IMG/VR virus record: IMGVR_UViG_3300025407_001359
Direction: 5' to 3' (one strand)
Length of the DNA: 64,000 nucleotides
Origin: a virus
Positions 49,501-59,156 of this stretch are shown here, one piece after another. The notes under the pieces were generated by a model. That model made no database searches. It was not told the origin of the DNA and was given only the letters and a program-made list of their open reading frames with translations. How positions within the stretch are numbered: position 1 is the stretch's first letter; each line of letters begins with the position of its first letter. The position numbers were made by a program, and so were the translations under genes.

Positions 49501-51300
49501 ATGGCAACCGCACTCGCTCTCAACGCCGCTAGTACTATCCTTTCAGGCCAAGGGTTGGCTCCCAACGCCAATCTGATTGCGCAGATTTCTGCATTTCAAG
49601 CACACACCCCCATTGTGCAATTGGCAAATCTTTTTGCCTACATACAAACCGATGCCAATGCGGCCGCTAACCTAATGCCAGTATTGAGCACAATAGGTGG
49701 ATCAAGTGCCAATCGTTGGATATTGGATCTTTGTCCAACCGACACATTGGTTTATATCACAAACAGGCCGTTGGTGTACGGCAACATCGCCGGTAATTAC
49801 AAACCAAGATTCAGCACTACTATAAGCAATCAAGCAACTGGTCCATTCTCAGGTGGCCTGGCCACATTTGCCAATGTGTACACCACTGTGGCTGCATATA
49901 CCATTTCAAGTTTTGATGTGGTGGCCAGTGCATTTATGCTTGGTGGAAAAACTTATGCCGACTCTGGAATTGGATTTACGGGGCCGGGCGATTTGGCAAC
50001 CGGCGGAATTGGCAATGTTGGCCCAACGATCGCTACTGCTGTCAGTGGGTGGGGCACAATGTATGATATCAAAAACATTGCCACAGCCGGCGACACCTAT
50101 GTGTTTGGAAAAAATTTACTCAGTCAAAAACTTGGCACGTATGGTAATCTTTCCGATCAATTGACCAGCGTGGGATTGGATGTGTCAGATCTGACCACTA
50201 TTCCCTCATCTACTACTACCACAAGTCAAGTGGCTTCTTCAACCACATCGAGAAGCCTGATTGGGCAAGTTGATTTGCCAAGTTTGGCCACTGTGACCAC
50301 AACTACAGTAGTGACTGGTAGTAGCCCAGCAGTAGTACAAAACATTTATGCCAATGTCACCGGTAGTGATTTATCAGCTATTATATCAGCCACTAACTTT
50401 ACTGGCAATACTGCTGCAATACGCAATCTCAATGACTTTTTAGATATCACTCGGGTGGTTCCTGCCAACGTCCTGCCAATATTAAACAGCCTTGGTGCCA
50501 ACACTTTTGCCACATTTGGTCAGCTGGTACACAACAAAATAGGACAAGGCAATTTTAAATCCTGGGCCGATCTCTCAGCGTTTTTATCCAGTGTTGTGGT
50601 ACCTGCGCTGAGCAATACTTCAACTACCAGCACCACTCCACTGTTAAACAATGTATCAGTATTGACCAACGGCATCAAAGGATCTGGCCCATTTCAAAAT
50701 CTCATTATCAGCGATATGTTAGGAGCAGTCGGCGGCGGCAGTTATGTTACCAATTTAACTACATTGAACAACTACTATAACACAGTGGTTACTCCGGCAG
50801 TTACATCTGCTATGAGCAACTTGGTTGTCTGTGTCAATCAATTTATGGCAAACTCTGCTGCCGGCAATGCCAACACAGTGGTGGCCAACGTAGCATCAGT
50901 AACATCTGCATTGAACGCTATTCCTGCCAGTGCCAATTTGACTCTTTGCCAAACAGCCTATAACACAATGTGGGCCAATGTACAAACAGAAATTGCCGCA
51001 CTCAAAGCTGCTGGAGTAGACTACAGTGGTACTGTTACAGCACTAAACAGCTTTGCACAGAATTTTTACAGCACAGCGGCAGATCGAGACCGACTGGAAA
51101 CTTATCAATTTTTTGCCAATTTAATTACCAACGATGCTGCCGGTGATACCTTACGTGCGACTGTGGCAGAAACTATCAATACTCAATTGTTGGGATCACG
51201 AGGAATTGTCCTTAACAACAATGCCGATCCTAATTCTGCCATTTCAAATGCTGCCAAGCAAAACGTACCATTAACTACATACTTATCCCAAAATAAGTAG
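49501..51300 (+). CDS. Putative baseplate/tail structural protein (599 aa)
   Basis: A/T/S/N-rich; follows PAAR. Confidence 0.6.
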   Translation: MATALALNAASTILSGQGLAPNANLIAQISAFQAHTPIVQLANLFAYIQTDANAAANLMPVLSTIGGSSANRWILDLCPTDTLVYITNRPLVYGNIAGNYKPRFSTTISNQATGPFSGGLATFANVYTTVAAYTISSFDVVASAFMLGGKTYADSGIGFTGPGDLATGGIGNVGPTIATAVSGWGTMYDIKNIATAGDTYVFGKNLLSQKLGTYGNLSDQLTSVGLDVSDLTTIPSSTTTTSQVASSTTSRSLIGQVDLPSLATVTTTTVVTGSSPAVVQNIYANVTGSDLSAIISATNFTGNTAAIRNLNDFLDITRVVPANVLPILNSLGANTFATFGQLVHNKIGQGNFKSWADLSAFLSSVVVPALSNTSTTSTTPLLNNVSVLTNGIKGSGPFQNLIISDMLGAVGGGSYVTNLTTLNNYYNTVVTPAVTSAMSNLVVCVNQFMANSAAGNANTVVANVASVTSALNAIPASANLTLCQTAYNTMWANVQTEIAALKAAGVDYSGTVTALNSFAQNFYSTAADRDRLETYQFFANLITNDAAGDTLRATVAETINTQLLGSRGIVLNNNADPNSAISNAAKQNVPLTTYLSQNK

Positions 51301-51436
51301 GGTTATAACGGCCAATTTCTCCAAGAAACACTACTTACCTTGACTTGTTAAGACTTATGTAGTATTATAACTACTGAGATATGGCCGTAAATATCTTACA
51401 TTCCTTAAAAAGAATGTACAACCAAAGGAGGACAGT

Positions 51437-52114
51437 ATGAGAACGATTGTTTCAACTATCGTAGCAATATTAGCCCTGACCGTAATGGCACCCGGTCAAG
51501 CAGAAGAAGTACAACAGAGTTTTTTTAACGCAGTAACAACACAGGCGCAAAGTCGCTTGGATACCTTGGTAGATGCTATTATGACACCCATAGTAGACAT
51601 CACAGTCACCAGCAAGGACATAGACTGCCTTGCGCACAATATCTACTATGAAGCTGGCGGCGAACCCGAAGAAGGCAAAGTAGCAGTGGCCATGGTTACC
51701 ATTAACCGCGTCCGCGATGGTCGTTTTGGTAACTCCATTTGCTCAGTGGTCGGTCAACGCACCGTTGTGGTTCGTGAACGCACAGTCAAAAAAACCGAAG
51801 TAGTAAATACCGGTTGGTTTGGTCGTCCTGAACCAAGAACAATAACTGAAATCAAAATGGATCAAGTACCTGTATGCCAGTTCAGTTGGAAATGTATGTT
51901 TGTTCGCAAACCCAAAGAAGCTGACGAACGCTGGGCAGAAAGTCAACGAGTAGCCACAGCATTGTTGCGAGGCAACTATGCAGACTGGCAGGACAAATAC
52001 AGTGACGCATTGTATTTCCACGCCGCCGGAGTAAGACCACCCTGGGCACGTCAGAAACACTATGTGGCCCGTATAGGTGGACATTTCTTTTACGCTGACT
52101 ATCAGAAATCATAA
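51437..52114 (+). CDS. SleB-like cell wall hydrolase (Hydrolase_2)
   Basis: CLAHNIYYEAGGE...VAMVTINRV...QFSW...ALYFHA...IGGHFFY; N-terminal signal. Confidence 0.88.
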   Translation: MRTIVSTIVAILALTVMAPGQAEEVQQSFFNAVTTQAQSRLDTLVDAIMTPIVDITVTSKDIDCLAHNIYYEAGGEPEEGKVAVAMVTINRVRDGRFGNSICSVVGQRTVVVRERTVKKTEVVNTGWFGRPEPRTITEIKMDQVPVCQFSWKCMFVRKPKEADERWAESQRVATALLRGNYADWQDKYSDALYFHAAGVRPPWARQKHYVARIGGHFFYADYQKS

Positions 52115-52767
52115 TGTTCTTTGAAGCCCTTGAGCGTTTACAAAGTATCGCTGAGAGACACAGTGGTAAACAATACACGCCCAAGGGACTAACACATTTG
52201 ATTCGTATGCAGTTTTGTGACCCCCAATTGGTATTCAATACCGAGCGCGACAGTCGTGTGGAACCAGGTAATTTTTGGATCAAAGGCGAATATCGTCCAG
52301 CCGACGACGAACAACAAGATCCTTGCATTTATATTACCTTGACTTTTCCCACTCGTAAAAAAATCTGTTACATTGATGGTACCGATTGGGATACCATGGG
52401 ATTTCACATCGCTGATGTAATAACACACGAATATCTGCATCAGTATTACTGTCGCCGCCGCGGTTATCGACACGGACGCGGTTACCGAGCACGAACCACT
52501 TTGCGTTACACAGAAACAATGCAAGACTATTTAGGTTGCGAAGACGAATTGTTGGCCTACAGTTTTAATGTTGCAAGCGAAATGATAGTGTACAATCGTC
52601 CAATGGAACGAACACACGCATATCGACTGTATCGCCGACATTTTAAACACGATCCAAAAGTGCTAACACAATTAAAAAAACACGCCAATAAATATCTTAA
52701 ACGACTGGAGCCAAACAATGAGCAAAGTATCTCAAGATCAAGAATTAGAAATGGGCGACATATATGA
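52114..52767 (+). CDS. Hypothetical protein with HExxH motif (possible zinc peptidase)
   Basis: ITHEYLHQ...EDELLAY. Confidence 0.55.
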   Translation: MFFEALERLQSIAERHSGKQYTPKGLTHLIRMQFCDPQLVFNTERDSRVEPGNFWIKGEYRPADDEQQDPCIYITLTFPTRKKICYIDGTDWDTMGFHIADVITHEYLHQYYCRRRGYRHGRGYRARTTLRYTETMQDYLGCEDELLAYSFNVASEMIVYNRPMERTHAYRLYRRHFKHDPKVLTQLKKHANKYLKRLEPNNEQSISRSRIRNGRHI

Positions 52768-52939
52768 CACAGAAATCAGTGACGAAGATTACGGTTTCAT
52801 ACTTGGACCAGACGGTGAATTAAAGTCGGTATTTTTACCTGACAGCATACCCTTTAAACAACCCAAAAATGTTCAAAAAATCTTTAAAATGTTTGGCATT
52901 CGTGATGCTGAACAGCTAGATAACGACACCCTGCACTAG
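52718..52939 (+). CDS. Small acidic hypothetical protein
   Basis: GGAG RBS. Confidence 0.65.
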   Translation: MSKVSQDQELEMGDIYDTEISDEDYGFILGPDGELKSVFLPDSIPFKQPKNVQKIFKMFGIRDAEQLDNDTLH

Positions 52940-52970
52940 ACCAAAAATTGCCAAAATGCTATAATGCAGT

Positions 52971-53198
52971 ATGAATACAGTTATAGCAACACGCATCAAA
53001 TGGACAGCTACTGCCATCACCCTAGCAGGTGCAGTATTCGCTAGTCTTAATATCTACCCACTAAGTGCCATAACCCTGAATTTGGGTAGTGCAACCTTCC
53101 TGATCTGGGCAGTTTTGATACGGGATCGAGCTATGATCACTGTAAATGCCGGGCTTTTAGCCATATACACAGCGGGTCTGGCTGTAAAACTCCTTTAA
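52971..53198 (+). CDS. Small multi-pass membrane protein (leaderless mRNA predicted)
   Basis: Three hydrophobic segments; TATAAT 5 nt before ATG. Confidence 0.65.
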   Translation: MNTVIATRIKWTATAITLAGAVFASLNIYPLSAITLNLGSATFLIWAVLIRDRAMITVNAGLLAIYTAGLAVKLL

Positions 53199-53232
53199 AA
53201 TCAACAACTTACAACACTTAAAATTCCTGGTA

Positions 53233-53299
53233 TTTTGGTTGTCCAAAAATTGCCAAAATGCTATAATACTTGTATAGTAATTAACAAGGAGTAGCGATG
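53233..53299 (+). promoter_or_regulatory. Early promoter/RBS cassette (second copy)
   Basis: 59/67 identity to 20513-20579 with identical spacing to ATG. Confidence 0.8.
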
Positions 53300-53725
53300 A
53301 GTACAGTTCAATTTGCAGGTTTTAGCCGTATGAATGGTGTTTTAAAGTTCCGTACTGCTAACGAAATTAGCCGTGCCCAACAGTTGGCTAAACTGGGTGA
53401 TACAGACATCTCAATGGCAATCTTGCCTAACCCAATGAGCAAAAATGATGCCGCTAAGTATGTGCTCACTAACTTGGCTGTTTCGTACCCCAAGTATAAC
53501 ACCCCTGAAGCCACAGGCCTGCTTACCAGTTTGATCCGAGACGAAAACCCGTTCGCTAAACCCAAAGCGGTCAAAAAGACACGCACCGTGGTAGCTAAAA
53601 ATGCCGTGGTCAAGACTTCAGTCAAAAGTCAGGTATATCCTGAAATTGAGTTGACACCCAAACAGGCTGCCAAGATCCGTGCTGAGTTTATGAAGAAGCT
53701 CAAAGCCGCTTACGAGGCCAACTGA
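53297..53725 (+). CDS. Early hypothetical protein with basic C-terminus
   Basis: Downstream of the early cassette. Confidence 0.75.
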   Translation: MSTVQFAGFSRMNGVLKFRTANEISRAQQLAKLGDTDISMAILPNPMSKNDAAKYVLTNLAVSYPKYNTPEATGLLTSLIRDENPFAKPKAVKKTRTVVAKNAVVKTSVKSQVYPEIELTPKQAAKIRAEFMKKLKAAYEAN

Positions 53726-53726
53726 T

Positions 53727-53975
53727 ATGCCGTATGTGCCTAAAGAACTCCGTACTGAATCATTCATTGCTGGCTTCAGTGATGTTTATATGACTGTACA
53801 GGCCAATCCCGAATTGCGTATGATTCCGATCAGTCAGTTAGAATCCTTACGCCACAGTTTGAAACAGTTGGGTTATCGTTTTCGTATAGTATATCGTGGC
53901 CCACATTGTCGGAATCGTAGCACACTTAAACAGAATGCTCGTGCTTTTAATGTTTATTTTAAGGACTTGGTATGA
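53727..53975 (+). CDS. Early hypothetical protein
   Basis: Operon ORF. Confidence 0.65.
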   Translation: MPYVPKELRTESFIAGFSDVYMTVQANPELRMIPISQLESLRHSLKQLGYRFRIVYRGPHCRNRSTLKQNARAFNVYFKDLV

Positions 53976-54181
53976 ATGCTTTATACAGTTATTTGGGTTA
54001 TGAATATTGCCCTTGGGACGATGTTGAAGAAGACAACATCAAGACTTACCACGAGTGCTACAAGAACGGTGTCAGAGTCAAGATGCCTGAAGCATTTTAC
54101 TCAACCAGTCCTTATGAGCTTGTGCCGTATGACAAGTTTGTTGAGTATGTTCAAACTGTAGAAGTATTTGTTCAAGGCTAA
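53972..54181 (+). CDS. Early hypothetical protein
   Basis: ATGA coupling, AAGGA RBS. Confidence 0.65.
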   Translation: MNALYSYLGYEYCPWDDVEEDNIKTYHECYKNGVRVKMPEAFYSTSPYELVPYDKFVEYVQTVEVFVQG

Positions 54182-54182
54182 T

Positions 54183-54437
54183 ATGTATCGTCTCAATGTG
54201 CTCTTGATGGTTGCTGTAGTGTATTTTGGTTTGCACTCGGTGAGCGGGTATTTGTATTGCCAAGACAACTTCTGCCCAGGCGACAGTGAAGCAGACTATG
54301 TGTATACTGTAAAAGATGAAGATGGCAAGACCTGGTACATCGAAGATGGCAAACCTGTTTCGGAAGAGGTATACAGAGAAGCACACAGAAATATATTTGA
54401 GTTTATGGAGGAGAAAGACAGCAATGGAAGAAAATAA
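54183..54437 (+). CDS. Early protein with N-terminal hydrophobic helix
   Basis: MYRLNVLLMVAVVYFGLHSV. Confidence 0.6.
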   Translation: MYRLNVLLMVAVVYFGLHSVSGYLYCQDNFCPGDSEADYVYTVKDEDGKTWYIEDGKPVSEEVYREAHRNIFEFMEEKDSNGRK

Positions 54438-54606
54438 AAGAATTAGTGTATTGCGTTACACTCTTACTCGAGATCAGATTGGAACTTTTGTATCAGGCCT
54501 GCACGAAATACAGGCTGATATGATCGAAGCCACAGTGGCCGTAAAAGAATCTCAAGGTTTTCCCGAAGCCAACCAAATTATCAATCACGTCAGGAGTTTG
54601 AAATGA
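54424..54606 (+). CDS. Early hypothetical protein (MEENKRIS...)
   Basis: GGAGG RBS. Confidence 0.6.
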   Translation: MEENKRISVLRYTLTRDQIGTFVSGLHEIQADMIEATVAVKESQGFPEANQIINHVRSLK

Positions 54607-54866
54607 TGAACGATCACGATAGAGCCAATCTAGAATTTTTGCTTAAGGCCACACCCGAAGCATTAGAAGAGTGGAGTCAGGAAGTAACCCAAGACGATTT
54701 GGATTATGCACAAGAGCTGTTAGATGCTTACCAACTTGAGCTGAACGAACGGGCACGGATGTTAGGTGTGCCAGAAAACCACGATGCCGAGTTTGAACAG
54801 GCAATCATTGACGCCGAAGCACGTGGTAGTGTATACTACGAATTTGAGGAATATAGTGTCCATTAA
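54603..54866 (+). CDS. Early acidic hypothetical protein
   Basis: AGGAG RBS. Confidence 0.65.
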   Translation: MMNDHDRANLEFLLKATPEALEEWSQEVTQDDLDYAQELLDAYQLELNERARMLGVPENHDAEFEQAIIDAEARGSVYYEFEEYSVH

Positions 54867-55887
54867 ACGCATAGGTTTTTGTTGCAAGTGGTTAAATGAC
54901 CCTTCAGAATGTGGTGGTATGAAAGTCAATGCCGTTGACCGCGATCTCAATGGTCGCTCAACCACAATGCGTTGGTTGCGTGAGCATCCTGCCGAAGCTG
55001 AACAGCGTCAGTGGGATATCATGAATCACAATGCGGCGGCCGCTGTAAGACTGATTGAACGTGTGGCTACCTTGCCGCCTGAACGCCGTATGGTTCGCTT
55101 GGGTTCGGAAATGCTACAGGGCTATACCGAGAAGGACTGGAAGGCCTGGTGGCAACGCAGGGAGATACAAAATCATCTTGAACGCATCTTTGCACCCATT
55201 GGCGAAACTGCAAGACGTCTAGACGTTAGACTCAGCTTCCATCCCGGACAGTTCTGTGTGTTGGCCAGTGAAGCTGAAGAAATAGTAAATAGAAGTATAG
55301 AGGAGTTTGAATATCATGCTGATATGGCCAGGTGGATGGGTTACGGAAAAACCTTTCAGGATTTCAAGATCAATGTCCACATCTCAGGTAAGCGCGGTCC
55401 CGCCGGTATTCGCTCTGCCCTCCAACGGCTTTCTCCCGAAGCGCGAAATTGTATTACCATCGAAAACGACGAAATGTCGTGGGGAGTTGACGCCAGCCTT
55501 GAACTGGTCCGCGACTGCGCTCTTGTGCTTGACATACACCATCACTGGATCCGTACAGGAGAGTACATTCAGCTCACCGACGATCGAGTTCTACGCTTGA
55601 TCGAATCCTGGCGCGGCGTTAGACCAGCCTTGCACTATTCGGTATCAAGAGAGGATGTGCTGGTTGGACACAACAATGCTGCTCAACCTGAAATGGCACA
55701 TTTGTTGGAATCGGGTTACAAGAAACAAAAACTGAGGGCACACAGTGACTTCTACTGGAATCAACCTGTGACTGACTGGGCATTGACATTTTGGGAAAAC
55801 TTTGACATACAATGCGAAAGCAAAGGCAAAAATCTTGCCAGCGAACAGGTGTACAATCGAGCAGTTGAACTGGGACTAGTACGATAG
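54856..55887 (+). CDS. uvsE: UV damage endonuclease UvsE/UvdE (GTG start)
   Basis: RIGFCC, RLSFHPGQF, INVHISG, TIENDE, VLDIHH, HYSVSR, AHSD, CESKGK. Confidence 0.92.
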   Translation: MSIKRIGFCCKWLNDPSECGGMKVNAVDRDLNGRSTTMRWLREHPAEAEQRQWDIMNHNAAAAVRLIERVATLPPERRMVRLGSEMLQGYTEKDWKAWWQRREIQNHLERIFAPIGETARRLDVRLSFHPGQFCVLASEAEEIVNRSIEEFEYHADMARWMGYGKTFQDFKINVHISGKRGPAGIRSALQRLSPEARNCITIENDEMSWGVDASLELVRDCALVLDIHHHWIRTGEYIQLTDDRVLRLIESWRGVRPALHYSVSREDVLVGHNNAAQPEMAHLLESGYKKQKLRAHSDFYWNQPVTDWALTFWENFDIQCESKGKNLASEQVYNRAVELGLVR

Positions 55888-55924
55888 TACTTGTATTACC
55901 AATACCCGGTGCATAAATATTTTT

Positions 55925-56269
55925 ATGCGATCAACCGAATTTATCAATCCCGTCAATGAAGAAAAGTGGATTCAAAAAGCCATCAAGCACAAGGGTGGCC
56001 TGCACCGTAGTTTACACGTTCCTGCAGACCAACCTATTCCAGCTGGTAAGCTAGAAAAAGCCACACACAGTACCAATCCACGGATTAAAAAACAGGCAGT
56101 ATTGGCCAAGACGTTAAAAAGTCTACACCAAGAAGATACAGTAACAGAAAAAGCTCCCCCGGGAATGGAAGATATGGTCTTGAAGTTAAAGAAAGAATAC
56201 CCCGGCGAACCAGCTAAAGCATTTGCCACAGCCTGGAGCATTTACAACAAGAAACACGGCAAACGCTAA
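55925..56269 (+). CDS. Basic late protein with capsid-targeting-like start (MRSTEFI..NEE)
   Basis: TAAATA 55914; KWIQKAIKHKGGLH; AFATAW. Confidence 0.7.
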   Translation: MRSTEFINPVNEEKWIQKAIKHKGGLHRSLHVPADQPIPAGKLEKATHSTNPRIKKQAVLAKTLKSLHQEDTVTEKAPPGMEDMVLKLKKEYPGEPAKAFATAWSIYNKKHGKR

Positions 56270-56320
56270 CCCTGCTTTCGTTTTGTTTTTACCATAAATA
56301 CTCAAATAAAGGTAAAAACA

Positions 56321-57358
56321 ATGTCCGCACTGAGCTCCAACGTAAAAATCACACTACCCCCAGTACCTATTCCTTTTAGCGGAACAACGGCCTGGGCTGC
56401 ATTGACACCCCTAGTCAACACAATCAACAACAATTTTAATGTGATTGCCAATGGTGCTGGATTTATCCCGGGTACTGTTAGACTGGTCAATGGCCGCCCG
56501 GTTAATTTGAGTACTGGTGATTTAACAATACTATTATCAGATGTGCCTGGATCAACCAGTAATGCGTATGTAAATTCTACTTTTGCTACTATCAGCGCAT
56601 TGACTGGTCTAGTTGCAAATGTCAATTCCGGTTTTACAGCCGCCAACGCAGCAATTCAAACTTTAAGAAATACAGTCAACTCATTACCATCCGGTAATGT
56701 GTCTGGCAACACCGCACAGGTATCCAGCTGGATACAATCAAACATAGCCGCAGTAACAGCGGCATGGTCGGCCAACGCTGCCGCACAACAAACATCCATC
56801 AACAGCACTACTAACAATTTAAATTCTTTTGCTACATATTCTAATGTACAAATTGGATCGGTGTATACTAGCCTAGATTCAGTCAACACCAGCGTTGGAC
56901 AATTGGTATCAAACGTTTCTGCACTATTTGCCAATGCCGCTACTCAGTCTACACAGATTGCCGCAGTAGCTGGGAACTTGACTGCATACCAAACAGCAGC
57001 CAACTCTACATTGTCTGCCACAGTCAGCAATGTATCCACTCTACAATCTCAAACAACAAACTTGGCCAACACACAGAATTCTGTTAACACTACACTGGCT
57101 TCTTTATCAACTGAAATTAGTAACCTTACTGGCCAACTGTCGGTCACCAATTCAAACCTATCAGCAAATGTCACAGCGTTTGCTGCAAACATAGCCACTC
57201 TATTTTCCAATGCAGCTACACAGGCCACAGCCATAGCTTCTATCAACAGCAATGTGGCCCTGTTGGCAAATAACAACAATCGCACAATTCACGTGAGCAA
57301 CCAAGCACCTGGGCCCACAGATGGAAATGTTGGCGATATTTGGTATCAAACAATCTGA
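56321..57358 (+). CDS. Coiled-coil tail fibre-like protein
   Basis: Heptad repeats (LFANAATQ/LFSNAATQ); C-terminal APGPTDGNVGDIWYQ; late promoter. Confidence 0.7.
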   Translation: MSALSSNVKITLPPVPIPFSGTTAWAALTPLVNTINNNFNVIANGAGFIPGTVRLVNGRPVNLSTGDLTILLSDVPGSTSNAYVNSTFATISALTGLVANVNSGFTAANAAIQTLRNTVNSLPSGNVSGNTAQVSSWIQSNIAAVTAAWSANAAAQQTSINSTTNNLNSFATYSNVQIGSVYTSLDSVNTSVGQLVSNVSALFANAATQSTQIAAVAGNLTAYQTAANSTLSATVSNVSTLQSQTTNLANTQNSVNTTLASLSTEISNLTGQLSVTNSNLSANVTAFAANIATLFSNAATQATAIASINSNVALLANNNNRTIHVSNQAPGPTDGNVGDIWYQTI

Positions 57359-58602
57359 TGATTTCTAATTATATATCCTATGTAGGTCAAGATCCCAGTG
57401 CAGTACGTCTCGGTGATTCTGGACTCACACCCACTGCGGTAGTCAATGCATATGGTGTACCGGCTGGTACCGGAGCCGGGGTAAAGATTGGTATTGTCAG
57501 TTTAGGTGGCGGTTGGCTAGCCTCAGATTTTGATCAGTCAATGACAGATTTAGGATTATATCCAACTGTTACCAGTGCCAACATTCACACAGTATTGATT
57601 GATGGAGCTGTAAATAATTTTGATGGTGGTAATGGAAGTATTGAAAATACTTTGGATCTTTATTGTGCGGCGGCTGTGGCCCCTGAGGCCGATATCACAA
57701 TCTACATTGGACAAAACACCATTAGTGGTTTTGCAAGAGTACTTGATCGAGCAGTAACCGACAACTGTGATGTTATCACGGTCAGTTGGGGATTGGCTGA
57801 ATATGGATTTTTAGAAGGTGTTTTCCGTTGGATGTTCGAACCAATTTTTGCAAGAGCAGTTGCTCAAGGCACCACAATATTTGTTGCCACAGGAGACTTG
57901 GGATCTGAAGCCACATACGGAACTGGGCTATCAATACAGTACCCAGCAGGCAGTCCTAATGTTGTTGCTGTTGGCGGAACCAATCTACTGCTGTATCCAT
58001 CGGGTGCAATACAGTCAGAAACTGTTAGTCAAACCAGTGGTGGTGGAGTAAGCAGTATTTTTGCAGCGCCAGCGTGGCAACAAGGGTTAACATACACTTC
58101 ATATTCAAACGTACCCGGCACACCATCACGCACACTACCTTTGCTTAATCGTGGCACACCAGACATATCCGCACCAATGAACGCTTACGACTTGTATCTG
58201 GCCGGTGCAATACAGCAAGTGGGCGGCACCAGTGCAGCTGCTCCTGTAATGGCCGGAGTAATGGCAAGAACACAGGCCGCAAATGGCGCCAGACTGCCGC
58301 AACTAAATCCCTTGTTTTATAACAACCCAGGTGCATTTTATGATTTTGCGTCGGGCAATGATACAGGTTGGATTGACACTGGATATCGATCAACTGTGGG
58401 ATGGGATCCAGTAGTGGGACTAGGGCGTATTGAAGGATCGGCACTTGCAGGTATGTTTGCACCGCAAAAGCCCAAGATCAAAACAGCCGACAGCACCTGG
58501 AGTACAGTGGCCAATACCTGGGTCAAAACAGACTCGGTTACCTGGACCCAAATTCAGACTGTATGGGCCAAAACTGTTAATGGTTGGCAACAGACACACT
58601 GA
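57358..58602 (+). CDS. S53 (sedolisin/kumamolisin) serine-carboxyl peptidase without prodomain, with Trp-rich fibre-type C-terminus
   Basis: ENTLD (E-x3-D), ATGDLG, VGGTSAAAP, Ca site YDFASG..GWDPVVGLG; TGATG coupling to the fibre gene. Confidence 0.88.
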   Translation: MISNYISYVGQDPSAVRLGDSGLTPTAVVNAYGVPAGTGAGVKIGIVSLGGGWLASDFDQSMTDLGLYPTVTSANIHTVLIDGAVNNFDGGNGSIENTLDLYCAAAVAPEADITIYIGQNTISGFARVLDRAVTDNCDVITVSWGLAEYGFLEGVFRWMFEPIFARAVAQGTTIFVATGDLGSEATYGTGLSIQYPAGSPNVVAVGGTNLLLYPSGAIQSETVSQTSGGGVSSIFAAPAWQQGLTYTSYSNVPGTPSRTLPLLNRGTPDISAPMNAYDLYLAGAIQQVGGTSAAAPVMAGVMARTQAANGARLPQLNPLFYNNPGAFYDFASGNDTGWIDTGYRSTVGWDPVVGLGRIEGSALAGMFAPQKPKIKTADSTWSTVANTWVKTDSVTWTQIQTVWAKTVNGWQQTH

Positions 58603-58632
58603 CCATAAATACTAGATACAAGGTAAACTACA

Positions 58633-58953
58633 ATGACTTTTAGCGCAGTTAATATTGGCACCACAGCAAACGATCAAACCGGTGATCCCCTACGCGATGC
58701 TTTTAGCAAAATCAACACAAATTTTGCCAACATTGCCAGTGGTTCTGAAAATTTACCAGTGGTCAGTGTAGCCGGTCGTGGCGGCAATGTGTTGTTGACT
58801 GTAAACGATGTGTTGGGCGCGGCCAGCATTGCTTATGTAAACACACAGACCAGTTATACCATGGCCAACAGCGCAAACTGGACCAGCAATGTTTATACCA
58901 TTTCATCGGCACTGGATCAAATTGCTCAACGTTTGACCAACGCAGGATTCTAA
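58633..58953 (+). CDS. Baseplate/fibre connector with T4 gp9/gp10-like N-terminus
   Basis: VNIGTTANDQTGDPLRDAFSKINTNF; VVSVAGRGGNV. Confidence 0.7.
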   Translation: MTFSAVNIGTTANDQTGDPLRDAFSKINTNFANIASGSENLPVVSVAGRGGNVLLTVNDVLGAASIAYVNTQTSYTMANSANWTSNVYTISSALDQIAQRLTNAGF

Positions 58954-58954
58954 T

Positions 58955-59155
58955 ATGTCACAGAATGGTATCAGTCACTTATCTACAAAACAAGCACGTC
59001 AGGCTGCCAAATTGGCCGCAGCCGCAACCAAACGTGCCGCAACTGGACGCCCGAGTACTTTAGACACAACCGAATTACCCAGTACCTATTCGGGCAATAC
59101 CGCAGTGGCCGGCACACATACCGGAGGCCTAATACTGGGTCGCCCTTGGAAATAA
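58955..59155 (+). CDS. Small basic virion-associated protein
   Basis: KQARQAAKLAAA...GRPW. Confidence 0.6.
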   Translation: MSQNGISHLSTKQARQAAKLAAAATKRAATGRPSTLDTTELPSTYSGNTAVAGTHTGGLILGRPWK

Positions 59156-59156
59156 T

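Noticed and set aside
51301-51436. Structured RNA upstream of the SleB-like hydrolase
   Set aside because: Only two short leader hairpins (AGATAT/ATATCT, TACATTC/GAATGTA) follow a TTGACT-17-TATTAT promoter, and neither covers the RBS; too weak to call.
57340-57360. Programmed frameshift fusing the fibre and the S53 peptidase
   Set aside because: The junction is an ordinary TGATG stop-start overlap with no slippery heptamer or downstream stimulator; a fusion product is not supported.
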